DNA from: Hydrurus foetidus
Taxonomy: Eukaryota
Direction of reading: 5' to 3'
Length of the DNA: 34,417 nt
Assembly: GCA_900617105.1 (NCBI GenBank)
Contig: UYFQ01000179.1
Location: 1-34,417 of the forward strand
This document shows positions 20,359 to 32,689 of the stretch, in pieces. The notes under the pieces are model-generated. The model made no database searches, was not told the DNA's origin, and worked only from the letters and a program-made list of their open reading frames with translations. Positions within the stretch are counted from its first letter, which is position 1. Each line of letters starts with the position of its first letter. A program made the translations under genes and the position numbers.

Positions 20359-23300
20359 ATGTCGTTACTACATGGAAATCTAGACTATCTTGATACGCTT
20401 TTTGCATGTGACCGAGTAACCAGCAAGAGCCATTCTACGAGTCCTTGTAGACTGCCTCGAATACAGCGAACATTCTCGAGAAGTAATGGCAGCTCAGCGA
20501 CGTATGCAGACAAAATTCGCGACAGAGTTGACAATGTCAAGAAGACAAAAAACAAGCAAAAGGGATTGTCTAGTTCAAACGTCAGTGAGTTGTACCGCGG
20601 AACAATCTTCAATGATGAGATTGAGATTAAGCGTATATCAAAAACTGTCGTCAATTCTTCTTCGCATGACAGAGCTGTGAAGACAGTTTTGCCTCATCTC
20701 ACCGACTCAAATCATCTAAAAGTTTATTTAAGAGAGTTCGAGAAGTGCTCAAGATTACTAGAATCTTTCTGGGGACAGTTGGATTATTTTTTCACTTCTT
20801 TCCATCGGTTGCAATGCCGACTGAACTCTGAACGCTCTGGGAGCTTTAATTGCGCAACTGACGATGACTATAGCATAGAAAAGGCACAGTTTCTTTCACT
20901 TATTATTGGTTTACGGAACAGTTTTATCAGAGTTGCAGAATGTTATCAAACTGCTTCTACTTTGTTTCAGCGTGACAGATCTGAATCAATCGTGCAATCT
21001 CTTTTAACTATGGCGAAATCATTGAAGATGATGATTGACCACCCAACAGTGACTGTATTTCCTGAGCCATTCCTATCATGGCTAACAGTGTCACCGGTCA
21101 GAAATATTTTCTTCATGCCGAGAAGAATTGATGGAACATCCGCTGTTCTGGAACGTTCCTCAACTTTAAAAAAAGATTTTTTTCCATTTGAAAATTCTCA
21201 ACACGAATTATATCCTTCTGATCTTATTCCTGGGAAACTTGAAATCGGAAGAATGACGTCACTCGGTTCTTTTATTTGGTGCACCATTCAGTCTTTACCA
21301 GATGAGAATATGAAGGTTCCTAAGAATGATCTCACACCAGACGTTACGGAACGTACTGTACCCAAAAATATTCTAATATCAGATACTGTGCAACATTCTG
21401 TAGAAATGTCCGTAACTAGTCGCCAAGAAAAAACGTCACAAACTGAAAAATCGGCAAATAATAAATATTTGAACAAATCTTCGCCAACAGCGTTATCACA
21501 TCAAGAAAATTTCGAAAAGGAATTGAAATTGTCTTTAGAGCTGTTAATTAAAGAAAAATTTCAGTCGACTAATCAACACTGCGCTTCTCTGCAACGTGGA
21601 CTACATAGAAAAGCTCTTCGAAATTGTTTTACAAAATGGCGCAGTCAGCTTAAAATGGAAATTTGTGACAAAAATAATCCATTTGTTTGCGTTGAAGAAA
21701 AAATTACAACGGTGAGATAAATATAATTCCTGCTGTGCAATTTTGTTTCTGTTTCTTCATAGTAGTAGAATACGTTGCTTCAGACTTACGAGTATCTATT
21801 TGTTCAAATACTGAAATCGATGCATACATCGTATGCACACAAAAAATTCAATTTATTTTTATTTTATTTTTATTTTTATTTTTTATCTATGTCTTCTACA
21901 GATTATTAAGATTTTTGAAAAGTTTGAAATCACAAGCGATAAAAGTCAAGTGTTGAAGACTCAAAAAGGGGCCAGGCTTCTAAAGCTCTTTTTCGATGTG
22001 TGGGTTAACAGCATCAAATGGTACGTACATAAGTTTTTCAGTTTTGCGTACTTACATTTTCACGTTTCTTTTTGGGGCGGTCTTCTGGGAATTATCTTAA
22101 GAACTAGTATTGCATGTATCTACGATATGTTGTATCTACGATATGTTGTATCTACGATATGTTGTATCTACGATATGTTGTATCTACGATATGTTGTATC
22201 TACGATATGTTATATTCACGATATGTTATACGTGAGTAATCTAGATAAAAGGAGCATTCCAAAGTGAAGAAGATAGCGTGCTTTTTAGAGCATACTATTT
22301 CGGATTTAGAACAGAATAACACCAAAGACAACAGAATGGCATGCAAAGCAGTGTAGATAGAAGCTTTGATAAAGTTCAGTGTTTAATGTAACAATTTTGG
22401 AAAAATATTGGGAAGAGGTGGGAGGGAAGAGAAGGAAAAGTAAAGAAGGATCAGGGGACAGACTGATGATATTCTTACTATGCACACGTATGTTTAGTGA
22501 CGTTATATGTTATCATTTGAACCATTCTATGCTCTATACTCTACACCACTATCAATTGAAGATGAATCTAATGTGATTTGTATATCGACGATTATGATGA
22601 TGACGACAACAATCTTGATTAAGAAAACAACACGAATCCTTAGGTGCATGAAATACAACCAAATCCGTAAAAAAGCTGACAAAGAATGGACGTCAAATTT
22701 CTTCCACCGTTTCAAGCACATCTGTCAAAATTGTTTTGACAATCGCAATTTCAAAAAATCTGTGCGTGCGTTGTACTTACGGTCCACATTCAGATGCGTG
22801 CAAAACAAAATTCTTATCGACAGGTGAGCTGTTATCATATTGATTGAATTTGCAATGTACTGTACGTGCGTTACAGAATTGTTTAACATTTTCTTGATTT
22901 TCTTCATCACTCTTTATCGCGATGTACTCGTTTTATTTTTGTGTCGGTTGGAAGTCCGTTGATGATAGTCAATCAATGCGATACTTAATGCAAAATACAA
23001 CACAGTCATACTCTTATCGAAGTGCATACTAAAACACATTGATTTGATTCTTGCATTTCTATGTTCTTATTTTTTTTAAAGCTCCATGTACACATTTGTA
23101 TATGCTGTCAATAAGCCACTTAATAAACCACTAAAATACTCCTCATTGCTACTTTGACAGACATGCCCTGAACACCAATATCCGGTACAACACTACACTG
23201 TCTTTTGAAAAAAGAAATTTCGGCCTCCGTTATTACACATTAAAATGGATTCGGAATACGAAAATTAGTATTGCATTAAATTATTTGAATATTTTGAAAA

Positions 23301-24100
23301 ATATGGTGCAACTAAGAGTGCATTTTCAATTATGGAAAAAAGGAAAATGTTCAATTAATAATTTAGCGTTTCTTGAAAAGAGGCCAAATTTTGAGGATTT
23401 TAATTTCACTAATTCTCATCAGATTACAATACCTGAATCAAATACAGAAGAAAAACTAAATGACGAATTACAGAGCTGTATAGAAAAGGAGAGATCTGAT
23501 GATGACTTATCTTATTTGATCGACTTTCAAGAAAGCTTATCTCCAATTTCCGTATCAGAAAATGTACAAAGTGAAAAGAATATTACTGATAGAGTTGAGT
23601 CATTTAATTTGAAAAAAGATAAAAGCATCAATGATAATGATGATGGAGTATCAACTGATTTTGATGAAGCTGTAAAGTCGAGTGATTTAGTACTGCATTA
23701 CTCGATGGCTAGTAGCAAGAATGTGTCATCTAAATTAACGAAAAACGATTCCGAAATAATGTCCAAAGAACTTTTTGACGAGAGGGAATATCACAACAAA
23801 TTATTCTTAGAATATGAGCAGCGATTGCAACAGATAGAAGAGTGCATGTCTTCACACACATCATTCATGGGCGATGCCGTTGCATCCACACAAATATCCA
23901 ACCATCTAAATGCCTTCTTGAAAGCGGAAGAAGAAAAAAAGACACCGGAATTGGACGTAAAAGCCGTAGAAGGTGCGGTTAAAAATATCAAAATAGAAGG
24001 GGAGAAAAAAACAAAAAGATCGAAAAACGTTCGGAGACGTAGTCGAATCAACCGAGCAATAAATTGTCAAAACAGTTTCGCCACGAATAAAATTGTGTAA
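20359..24100 (+). CDS. 4-exon gene, ~863 aa, unknown protein with a few Sfi1-like (F-x-x-W) motifs
   Basis: Exons 20359-21711, 21902-22020, 22644-22823, 23161-24100 (2592 nt, phase compatible, GT-AG). Motifs KALRNCFTKWR, LLKLFFDVWV, LRVHFQLWKK. Function is speculative. Confidence 0.75.
22116..22230. repeat. 16-bp tandem repeat GTATCTACGATATGTT, ~7 copies (intronic)
   Basis: Direct inspection. Confidence 0.93.
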
Positions 24101-24360
24101 ATACAGAATCCAAAATACGAAACATAGCAGAGGTTTGAGAATCTGCTTTCTGTGTGATTGTCGGCTTTAGTACTGTATTAAGTCATAGATATGAGTTGCG
24201 CAGTGCATTAATAGTGTGCCTCACTACCTTTTACAACAATACACTACACTGCATAGTACACTACACCGTACTATACAGTACTATACTATACTATGCTATG
24301 CAGTATTTTCAGACAAAGCCACAGTCTACCCCCTGTACTTCACTATTCTCTACAACACTA

Positions 24361-24463
24361 TACTGTACTGTACTGTACTGTACTGTACTGTACTGTACTG
24401 TACTGTACTGTACTGTACTGTACTGTACTGTACTGTACTGTACTGTACTGTACTGTACTGTAC
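24361..24463. repeat. (TACTG)n microsatellite
   Basis: About 20 perfect copies. Confidence 0.97.
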
Positions 24464-24571
24464 GTTCTTACAAATCCCACCCCCTCTAAGATAGACTTGA
24501 TCTGTCAAGTTGAAGTATCTCACAGACGTCACTCAATGTCGCTGACTGACCCGCACGTTGACACGATCTCC

Positions 24572-24599
24572 AACACACACATACACACACACACACACA

Positions 24600-24645
<46 letters not shown>

Positions 24646-24680
24646 CACACAAACATATACACACACACACACACACACAT
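24572..24680. repeat. (CA)n microsatellite
   Basis: Direct inspection. Confidence 0.97.
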
Positions 24681-25385
24681 AACTACAGCCGATAAATCTT
24701 CCTACTGCTCTTCTTTTTTCTTTCCACTTTTTTTCTATGAGAAAATGTCGAAAACGTGCTGTACATTTGTCATGAAGTACAGTACACGGAATGAATTGAA
24801 TTGGTTACGATATGTGCACCCTGTGGCTGTCACAGTCGTCATTCTTTTCTTATTCCTTATTTCCAATGCGATATTTAAAACACCGTCTGACTTAGTTGCA
24901 CAATTATATAATCAATACCGTGCTGAAGTCACGGAGATGATTCTATATCGTTTTTATTAAAAAAAAATGTATGATCTCATTGATTTCACTTTCGAATTAT
25001 GAGTCGTCCCTCGTATTCTAAATTGTTCAATTTTTCAATCCGTATTTTGTACTCGTATTTTTATTTCGTATTTTTTATTTTCTATTCATTTCTGAAGAAG
25101 AATTCAGAATTCACCACGCTTTGTGATGCACTTGCGCTGGAAGTTTAAATGAATGATATTGTACGTATCACTTATATCACTTGATATCTTGATAGCAAAC
25201 CGAATTTCATTTTTAAAGAGCAATGTTAGAATGATACTGATATATTTATTTTGTTAAACCGGAAATAAGAAACATTTACATTATGTAATTGTTACGTTCT
25301 TGATTTTAATTGAATTAATGGGCTCAATTAGTTAAACAAAAATCGCTTTTAGCTCTAGTATCCTCTTGGGTCCTCTAGAAACATT

Positions 25386-25576
25386 AATGTCGAATATAGA
25401 GACAATGTCGAATACGGAGTGTAGATAATGTCGAATGTAGAGATAAGGTCGAATATAGACTCTAGATAAGGTCGAATATAGAGATAATGTCGAATACAGA
25501 GTGTAGATAATGTCGAATATACAGATAATGTCGAATACACAGTGTAGATAATATCGAATATAGAGTGTAGATAATG
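25386..25576. repeat. Minisatellite with AGATAATGTCGAATA core, 16-21-bp units
   Basis: About 9-10 copies of the GATAATGTCGAAT-like core. Confidence 0.88.
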
Positions 25577-26508
25577 CGTCACAGCTGTCACTGGATGGTA
25601 TAACTCTATCGTGCAGCGATAGCTCTTTCTTTTCAGAGGCTGGCTCATGGTAGAAAGATGGGCGGATCGATTTTGAAATGTAATCTACATTATGGGGGCA
25701 TACAAAAGTTATCTGGGTAACGTACGGTAACGTCTTGTGCTATCGTGTGACAATAGCTTTGCCTTACGCAACGCGCCCTTCTCCCCTGTAGTCAATCTGT
25801 TCAAATCGGATGGATTACGTGCACGTATTGACTAAGCCAATTTTATAAAAAATGAAATGCTACTGCGCTTGTCTTATAGTAAGACGGGTGGGTAGATAGA
25901 CAGACAAATAGATAGATAGAGAGACAGCATCTCTCGGCCACTACACATCCCAGCTTCTTTTGCGCCACAATGGAAAATGTACGATAAAGGTACAAATCAT
26001 TCTTACGTCAGATTGATATCCAACCCGTGAGAATTACATCGAATGAAACTGCCCGATGAAATCAAAACAGTCAGTTTTGTTTCAGTCATGCAAATGTAGC
26101 ACTAATAAAAACTGAAAGTCCTATCTTGTCTCGTCTCGTCTTGCTTGTGTGGACATGCTGGTGAAAATCTCAAAATGCTCGAGAATAAAAAAGTACAGAA
26201 GTCTTACGATCCAAATAATCTTGTCTTTTTAAAATTACATTACCGTACTGTACTGGTTCAGAAACAAGTACGTGCACACATACGTGCGAATGTACATGTA
26301 CAGAGCTTTCTCATGTTACCCTAAAAAATGCAATGAGGAAGTCGCTTAACAAAATATTTGTAAAAATAAGCCTTATAAAAAAGAAAAAAAGCAACTAGAA
26401 GTTTAGATAGCAATGCGTTTTTTATTTTTGATATTTTCCAACTATGTAACATACTGCCTACAAGGCGTGTATATCGCGCCACAAATTCATGTGCGATTTT
26501 GCTTATGA

Positions 26509-27879
26509 TTAGGACGGTTTTGGAACAAATCTGATGACACCGTATGTCATAACGAACAACAGAATTACCCACAGAACAGAACCTAGACTGGAGAAAAAAG
26601 ACCTTTTCATGACTTTTTCCCTTTCGCTCATCTGAGTGAAGCAGATGAGGAGAAGGCAAATATAAGATAAGCGAGAGTAATTGCCTTGCATTAAATCAAA
26701 TCAAATAGAGCTCCACTAAATTACAGGGTGAAAATGTAGAAATAAAATAACTATTGAAAATAAACAGTTTTTATAAGAAACTCCGTGTGCAACCATTTGA
26801 TATGACATCCGGTGATAACCCATTGACAGACTCTAAATTTTACGTAATAATTATGATCCAATCAATGAAAAAAATCCTTACCTTTTTCTTCTGTCTGCTG
26901 AGTTCATCAAAGTTGTCGGAAGCATGATGCTGAATCGACTCCAATTGCTAGAAATTAAATTAAAATAAGTAAATAAATAAATGGATAAATAAAATGGTCC
27001 AAAGCTCTAGAAGAGTTGCCGTAATTCAGAATGTTGCTGATAACGCACCTGATTCTGCTCCGTTAGGGAATTGCTTATCTGCATTGTTGCTTCTTTCAGA
27101 ATTCCAGTTAAATCGACTAGTTCAGCCGTTAGGAGAGCTTGAGCTTTCTTCTCTTCCTCTATTTCCTGTGTCGATATAAGCTGATCGAGGAGGGAATTTT
27201 GCGAACAGGAATGAGGTCAATTAAACTATATCCTGATAAGATCACTGAAGCGGATTGCGATCAACAAATCATACCCATACCTTTTGCTCCTGTAAAAGGG
27301 AGTGGACTCTTTCGCCGGAACTTTTTTCGGAAAGATTCTCATTGCTTGCACCTCGCACGCCTGAAGTCGCCACCTTTTGATCTAGATGGCATTCTTCCTG
27401 CCGAAAAGTTCCTTCTAAAATTGATTTTTTCGATTTCGACAGCTCAATTTTTTTGACTCGCTGCAATCTTTTCGCCAGCTCAGATTTCAGATCTTCCAGC
27501 TGAGACCGCAAGAGTACGCCGGTTTGGGGGAGATCGTCTTCGCCATCTAGTGTGCTGCAAATGAATGATGCCACATTTACTAGTTGTTCCAATCCCCCCG
27601 AATCCATGTTTTCATGCTCTCTTACAGATTTCAAGGCAATATTTCTGAACCGACTAGCATTCAATACATCCATCTTCGAGTCAAGCACAGTAGTATCCCT
27701 CATAATGTGCTGCAGATGATATTCATCTCGAGATCTATGATCTATTTATGAACAGATCGATGGAGTTCGGAGGTTCCTTGTTGCGCTGTTGAGTTGGAGC
27801 TGTTGTGTGTTGTGTAATAACTTCTTGTAACTTAGGACTTAGGTCGGTCCATATCCAATATGGTACCGTCTCCTCCCAT
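26509..27879 (-). CDS. USE1: USE1-like tail-anchored Qc-SNARE, 5 exons, ~264 aa
   Basis: Exons (minus) 27879-27867, 27741-27281, 27180-27049, 26947-26882, 26631-26509 = 795 nt, phase compatible. SNARE coil AQALLTAELVDLTGILKEATMQISNSLTEQNQQLESIQHHASDNFDELSRQKKKM, then TM SLGSVLWVILLFVMTYGVIRFVPK. The 13-nt first exon is the least certain part. Confidence 0.8.
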
Positions 27880-29821
27880 ATGTTTTATTTTGTTTGAGTT
27901 CAGAGGGTTGCAAGTTCTCCTTAGGCTGACAGCCACACGTTATATCCACTTGTTCAGAAGATAAAACTTCCGCTAATGAGGTAGTGTTTGATGAAGCATT
28001 GGCAGATATTTGATCGGGGAAACGTGAAAATAAATTCAATTCGCGAATTGTTTTTCGTCCCACTATTAGATCAAATTTCGAATCGTTTAAAACATAAGCC
28101 GTGATTAGAAAAGTATAATAATTATTTAAATCAGGGCAAAAATAAGAAAGAGTTAAGTCTATAGTGTCAGAAATATCATAACAATGATTATCTAATCCAC
28201 TACAAACTTTACACAATTTCTTTGAAGAGTTAGAAACGAATTGTGTGAAATTATGATTAGTTATAATGCGGCGATGTATAAAGTTGCCAGCAAAAGAGCC
28301 GGTGTCCAGGAGAGTAAAGACTCTATTACTTTTTTCCAGCATAACCTCCTGTGAGAGGGGAGATACGAAGAAAGGAATAAGTTCTGGATCATCGGAAAGA
28401 ATAGATGATGAATTTAGGTTGCATAGTTGCTCACCTTTGTTTTTCTTCGCAGCGTGCGTCGAGTCTGCTGTTGAAGTAGCAGGTTTTGACGAAGCGGAAG
28501 AAGAAGAGGAAGACGATGAAGAAGAGGTCGATGTCTTAGGTAAAGTTGGAATAAACTTAGCCTTTGAATCGACTTTCAACAACTGCTTATGACCCTCAGA
28601 GTTGATATAGGGTGCGTCTGTACTGTTATAGTACGGAGACGTAGTGTAGAAACACGTGGCGACAAAATGGCCGAGTCTCCCACAACCTGTGCACAGAGGT
28701 CTTTCGAATTTGTCAGACTTGTCTGATTGCACTGATTGTTCGCTCTCTCGTGGACGTTTTTTGATTTTGTCCTGAGAGGAACGAGGAGGAGCTTTGATTT
28801 GGCGAGAGTGATCACCATACAAAGGAGAGACATCAATGAACCGTAAGGCATCAATTGATTCTCGTAGCTTAGCAAGCTGCGCAAGCCATACGAATCGAAA
28901 GTCTTCGATTGTAATGAGTCTTGGCGTTGTATTGTTAAGACTACGCTGTAACACTGCTCTCCAATTGATAGGTTCGACTGGCAACTTCTCGATGAGAATT
29001 TTGGTTGCCTGAAGTTGGAGAGCGGGTGTTGCATCAGGGAATCCATCAACAATATCAGCTAAAAGCTGATCTGTCTTGTCTTCCACTGATTTATCTTTCT
29101 GGTCGAATTGAAGTGCGACCTGAGAGACACTTTCAATGAAACTCAGCTTGTCAGTTCGATTGACAGCTGATGTAGGAACTGTGAGATTTAGTTCTCTACA
29201 GAACAATTGATTCGACCAATGTTTCCAATTGTTACAGGAGTCGCGACGATCGGGATCAGTTGCAAACTTACGCTTGAGAAGCGTTGTAAACGATTGATGG
29301 TTGGAAACATGGATTACATCAACTGGTTTAAATGGAGTTCCATTTGAAAGGAGGACCTCCATTACCCGTAGTACTTCCTGACGAGAGGGCACGGCGCTCA
29401 ACTTAGGAGCTCTCTCACCCGTTTGCACATAGTGCTGAGGTGGTGCCATCGAACGAGGAATCTCAGCCGAAGCTGGTGTCGCAGACGAATCTGGTGTCGC
29501 AGTCGAAACTGGTGTCTCAGCCGAAGCTGGTGTCGCAGTCGAAACTGGTGATAACGTTAGAGCGGATAAAGCAGATAAAACAGGAACATCAATGACAGAC
29601 GAGACCGCAGGCTCCGAATTCCGCTGAGGAATCGGTGCAGACAGGTCGCCGGCGGGGTCCTGAGCCGCAGGTGGCCCAGGAGACTCGATGCTATCTCCTC
29701 CACGATTGTGGTGCTCCTCGTAACGTTGTCGGAAGGCGACGGCGACAGCTCTAGGAGGCTGTCGTTGTCGGCGAAGGGAGTTGATGGTGCTAATCCTCTT
29801 GTCCTGGCGTCGGAGAGCCAT
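27839..29821 (-). CDS. gag: Gag-protease ORF of element 2 (660 aa, truncated before RT)
   Basis: CTGCGRLGHFVATC zinc knuckle; TLLDTGSFAGNFI protease; VCSGLDNHCY matches VCSGLDGQCY of element 1. The last ~14 codons run into USE1 sequence. Confidence 0.9.
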   Translation of the reverse strand: MALRRQDKRISTINSLRRQRQPPRAVAVAFRQRYEEHHNRGGDSIESPGPPAAQDPAGDLSAPIPQRNSEPAVSSVIDVPVLSALSALTLSPVSTATPASAETPVSTATPDSSATPASAEIPRSMAPPQHYVQTGERAPKLSAVPSRQEVLRVMEVLLSNGTPFKPVDVIHVSNHQSFTTLLKRKFATDPDRRDSCNNWKHWSNQLFCRELNLTVPTSAVNRTDKLSFIESVSQVALQFDQKDKSVEDKTDQLLADIVDGFPDATPALQLQATKILIEKLPVEPINWRAVLQRSLNNTTPRLITIEDFRFVWLAQLAKLRESIDALRFIDVSPLYGDHSRQIKAPPRSSQDKIKKRPRESEQSVQSDKSDKFERPLCTGCGRLGHFVATCFYTTSPYYNSTDAPYINSEGHKQLLKVDSKAKFIPTLPKTSTSSSSSSSSSSASSKPATSTADSTHAAKKNKGEQLCNLNSSSILSDDPELIPFFVSPLSQEVMLEKSNRVFTLLDTGSFAGNFIHRRIITNHNFTQFVSNSSKKLCKVCSGLDNHCYDISDTIDLTLSYFCPDLNNYYTFLITAYVLNDSKFDLIVGRKTIRELNLFSRFPDQISANASSNTTSLAEVLSSEQVDITCGCQPKENLQPSELKQNKTYGRRRYHIGYGPT

Positions 29822-29912
29822 TGTCTTCGACTGTCGGAAATAGGTGATGGATTTACAATTGATGGAGCGGAGAAACGAACTTCTCGCGAAGAAAAAGCTT
29901 CGGTATCGACCG

Positions 29913-29924
29913 AATATCGATATT
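29913..29924 (-). other. Palindromic PBS-position motif AATATCGATATT (element 2)
   Basis: Perfect 12-bp palindrome; on the minus strand it reads ...CCAC-AATATCGATATT, the same geometry as element 1. Confidence 0.75.
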
Positions 29925-30153
29925 GTGGTCTGGGGCGGGGCCTAGGACGTTGGGGCTGATGTTGGTGGACGGTTGGTGCAAGCGGTGGGCAAGGAAAGCA
30001 AGAGTCGGTGGAATAGACTTGTGTTAGTATCTTACAGTTGAGTATCTACAAGTGATGTGTACGCTAAAGTGCATTCACGTCATATGTGGAACTAAGACCT
30101 AAAAGTGGAATCTGAGCGTAATATACCTATTGTACCTAGTTAACCTAGACACA
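29924..30153 (-). repeat. Putative 5' LTR of element 2 (~230 bp)
   Basis: TGTG...CACA termini upstream of gag; the outer boundary is inferred because no second copy is present in the window. Confidence 0.55.
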
Positions 30154-30185
30154 TTGTATCCCCTTAGGAATGCAATAAGGCTACA

Positions 30186-30470
30186 ACCTCTCGTCCTCAC
30201 TCGTCCAGCTCCAGCATCACCTCTCGTCCTCACTCGTCCAGCTCCAGCATCACCTTTCGTCCTCACTCGTCCAGCTCCAGCATCACCTCCGATCCTTACT
30301 CGTCCAGCTCCCGTACCACCTCCGATCCTCACTCGTCCAGCTCTGTCACCAACTCCCGTCCTCACACGTCCAGCTCCAACACCACCAGCTCGAGCACCAC
30401 CTCCCGTCCTCACTCGTCGAGCTCCAACACTACACCCCGTCCTTACTCGTCGGGATCCAGCACCACCTCT
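30186..30470. repeat. 33-bp tandem repeat, ~8.5 copies
   Basis: Unit ACCTCTCGTCCTCACTCGTCCAGCTCCAGCATC; reads (LTRPAPASPLV)n on the plus strand. Confidence 0.92.
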
Positions 30471-30989
30471 GGTGATGGAATGTAGCTAAAGGATTATTCA
30501 GAGACTTTCAACCTCAGCTGTAAAGGACCTCTGCTGTCTAGAAGCTTTCATCGCAGCGTTCCAAAAATGTCATTTCAAAAAGAGGAATCTGAAGTGGAGA
30601 AACTGTCAACTGAGAGTCATTTGTGTCAAATTCAAAATAATTCCTACTATTTATTTCTTTTGAAGACGTGGTCTACGCAGCGCGGGTATTTTGTATTTTG
30701 ATTTTAGGTACAAAATATTAATTTGTATTCTGTATTTTATATTTCGTACATACACAAAATGGAGACAATCGACAACCAAGAGAAATCAGAGAGCATCCAA
30801 CATCCAACACTTAATGATGCTGCAAACCAGCAAACCATAATAGACAATCGACAATTCTGAATTCAGCCACAGTCCTCAGGCACCATGTCAGCTAAACAAG
30901 AATACTACATGCACAACAATACTAAATTTTTCTTGAAGTATGTAACGAAATTAAGCCTCTTTCAGTGATATCTTGCGATTGTTAGACAC

Positions 30990-31132
30990 CTTGTCCGACT
31001 TACAGATTGTGTCCGACTTCAGTTAGACAGTCGGACATCTATTAATGTTATGTTCGACTTATGTCGGACGTCCGTCCGACTTTATTCCGTTTGTCCGAGT
31101 GTCCGTCCGAAGCATCATTTTGCGTCGGACAC
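30990..31132. repeat. Array of ~9 GTCCGAC/GTCGGAC motifs in both orientations
   Basis: Motifs near 30992, 31011, 31030, 31052, 31063, 31074, 31093, 31105 and 31124. Confidence 0.75.
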
Positions 31133-31316
31133 CAGCCCTACCATTTTTGTACTTCGTATTTCGTCCAGTCACGTTTGTTATGAAACGACGAAATACAAAA
31201 TTAATCGTTTTTGTAATTCGTATGGTTGTCGTTCCGTATGCAATTTCGAAATACTAAACACATATCTGAGTCAGCTGTAGACAATGCTCGTAGTCATTAT
31301 TATATTATTCAAACGA

Positions 31317-32689
31317 TGAAGCGTTCCGCCGCTCCTAGTACTACGCATCCTTCGGGAGCGTCCAAGAAAATGGAGCCGACGAAAGTCGTCGAGTCTTCCG
31401 TTATCAAGAAGCTAATGAAGCCTCTGAAGGTCGTAGATAAATCTGGTCCGCCACCTCCGATCAACGCAAAACAGCAGAAAGCTTTTCATCATCTTTTGTC
31501 CGCAGCAGCGTACAATTCGGTACTGGAAGGAAACACGGACAGCACTGAGGGACTTCGAGAATTATGTGCCAGATATTATCATGGATTCGATGAAGATAAC
31601 ATCGGCATAGCTGCTAGTTTTCTCCAGGGCTATGACTTCGTTAGTGACTTTTGTATGGATTTCAACATTTTATTTGACTATGGATATTTTCGCAAAGTCC
31701 GTTGATGTTATTATACTTCTAAATCAAGTCAATTTACAGGGAAAACGCTGGCAAAATTTAATTCATGCTATACCTTACATTTATAGATGACGACGTGAAT
31801 GACAATGAGTTTGATCACGAAGAGGAAGATGTGAAGGGAAAAAAGTGGTTAAATAAGGGATTTCACAATCTTTAAACAACTTCTATCCAGCGTCCTCTAC
31901 GGCCCTTATGGAGTTATGGCAGACAATTTCGATATCACTCCATGCCTCTCTATCGACTCTAAGGGAATAGATGAGCAAGCGAAACGCTACAAGAATATGA
32001 ACTGTGCCAACAACGCATCAACCAAGATCAAGATGATCAATCAGGACAGGGATACAGAACCCGGACGAGACATGTCAGCCCATCACATTGAGAAGTTTGG
32101 TATTGCCCGTGAGGAGACAAGTGTGATAAAGGATCAATTTTACTGCAAGAATCTTATGGAGAGTTTCACTGTGGCGAAAGAAATGGCGGGCCGTTGCATT
32201 AATACCCAGGAAGAAACAGATCATTGGTATCGTATCATGGATGAATACGCTCGAGAAATTTCACCCACCCTATTGCTACCTAAAACTGTTATCCCACCAT
32301 CAAAAGTACCATCAGTCCGAACGACCCCGGCTCCTGAAACAATCCCTCAGACGAAGAAAACCACTGCCTCTAAGCTTAATTCCGTGGTCCAGAAACTATA
32401 CGTTACAAAGGAATTGGAAACCATACCTGTTAAAATTGTTGTTCTAACGCAGGACTCTGAGTACTACGATCCTAATGACTTTATCGTGAGGAACCATAAA
32501 GACAGAAAATGATTCCTATAACTGTGAGTAGAGAGAGAATATTGAAGGAAATGAGGGAGAAAGAAAAGAGAGAGGAAGAAGACAGACGAAATAAAGACGA
32601 AGAAGAAGACACAGAGGGGGAACTAGAGTTCATACAGCCAGATTCCAATACTATCAAAACTGTGAATCCATACTCACCAAGAGATTCCT
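31317..32689 (+). pseudogene. Frameshifted coding-like region of unknown product, interrupted by element 3
   Basis: Consecutive plus-strand ORFs (31317-31705, ~31790-31875, 31916-32512, 32509-32689) with protein-like composition and a probable intron; no motif recognised. Confidence 0.45.

Larger units (their letters stand above)
27885..30153 (-). mobile_element. 3'-truncated Ty3/Gypsy element 2 (5' LTR plus gag-PR only)
   Basis: Gag-PR ORF, palindrome at PBS position, putative LTR; no RT, IN or second LTR seen. Left boundary approximate. Confidence 0.8.

Noticed and set aside
24154..24682. ORFs with CTVLY and HT repeats (also 10460-10864, 14659-14983, 19315-19560)
   Set aside because: Translations of microsatellites or low-complexity intronic and intergenic DNA.
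27269..27703. 144-aa ORF as an extra or env-like retrotransposon gene downstream of gag-PR
   Set aside because: It splices in phase to SNARE-coil and TM exons, so it is exon 2 of the host USE1-like gene.
30099..30489. Pro-rich / Gly-Arg-rich ORFs on both strands
   Set aside because: Explained by the 33-bp tandem repeat; no independent coding evidence, though an exon fragment cannot be excluded.
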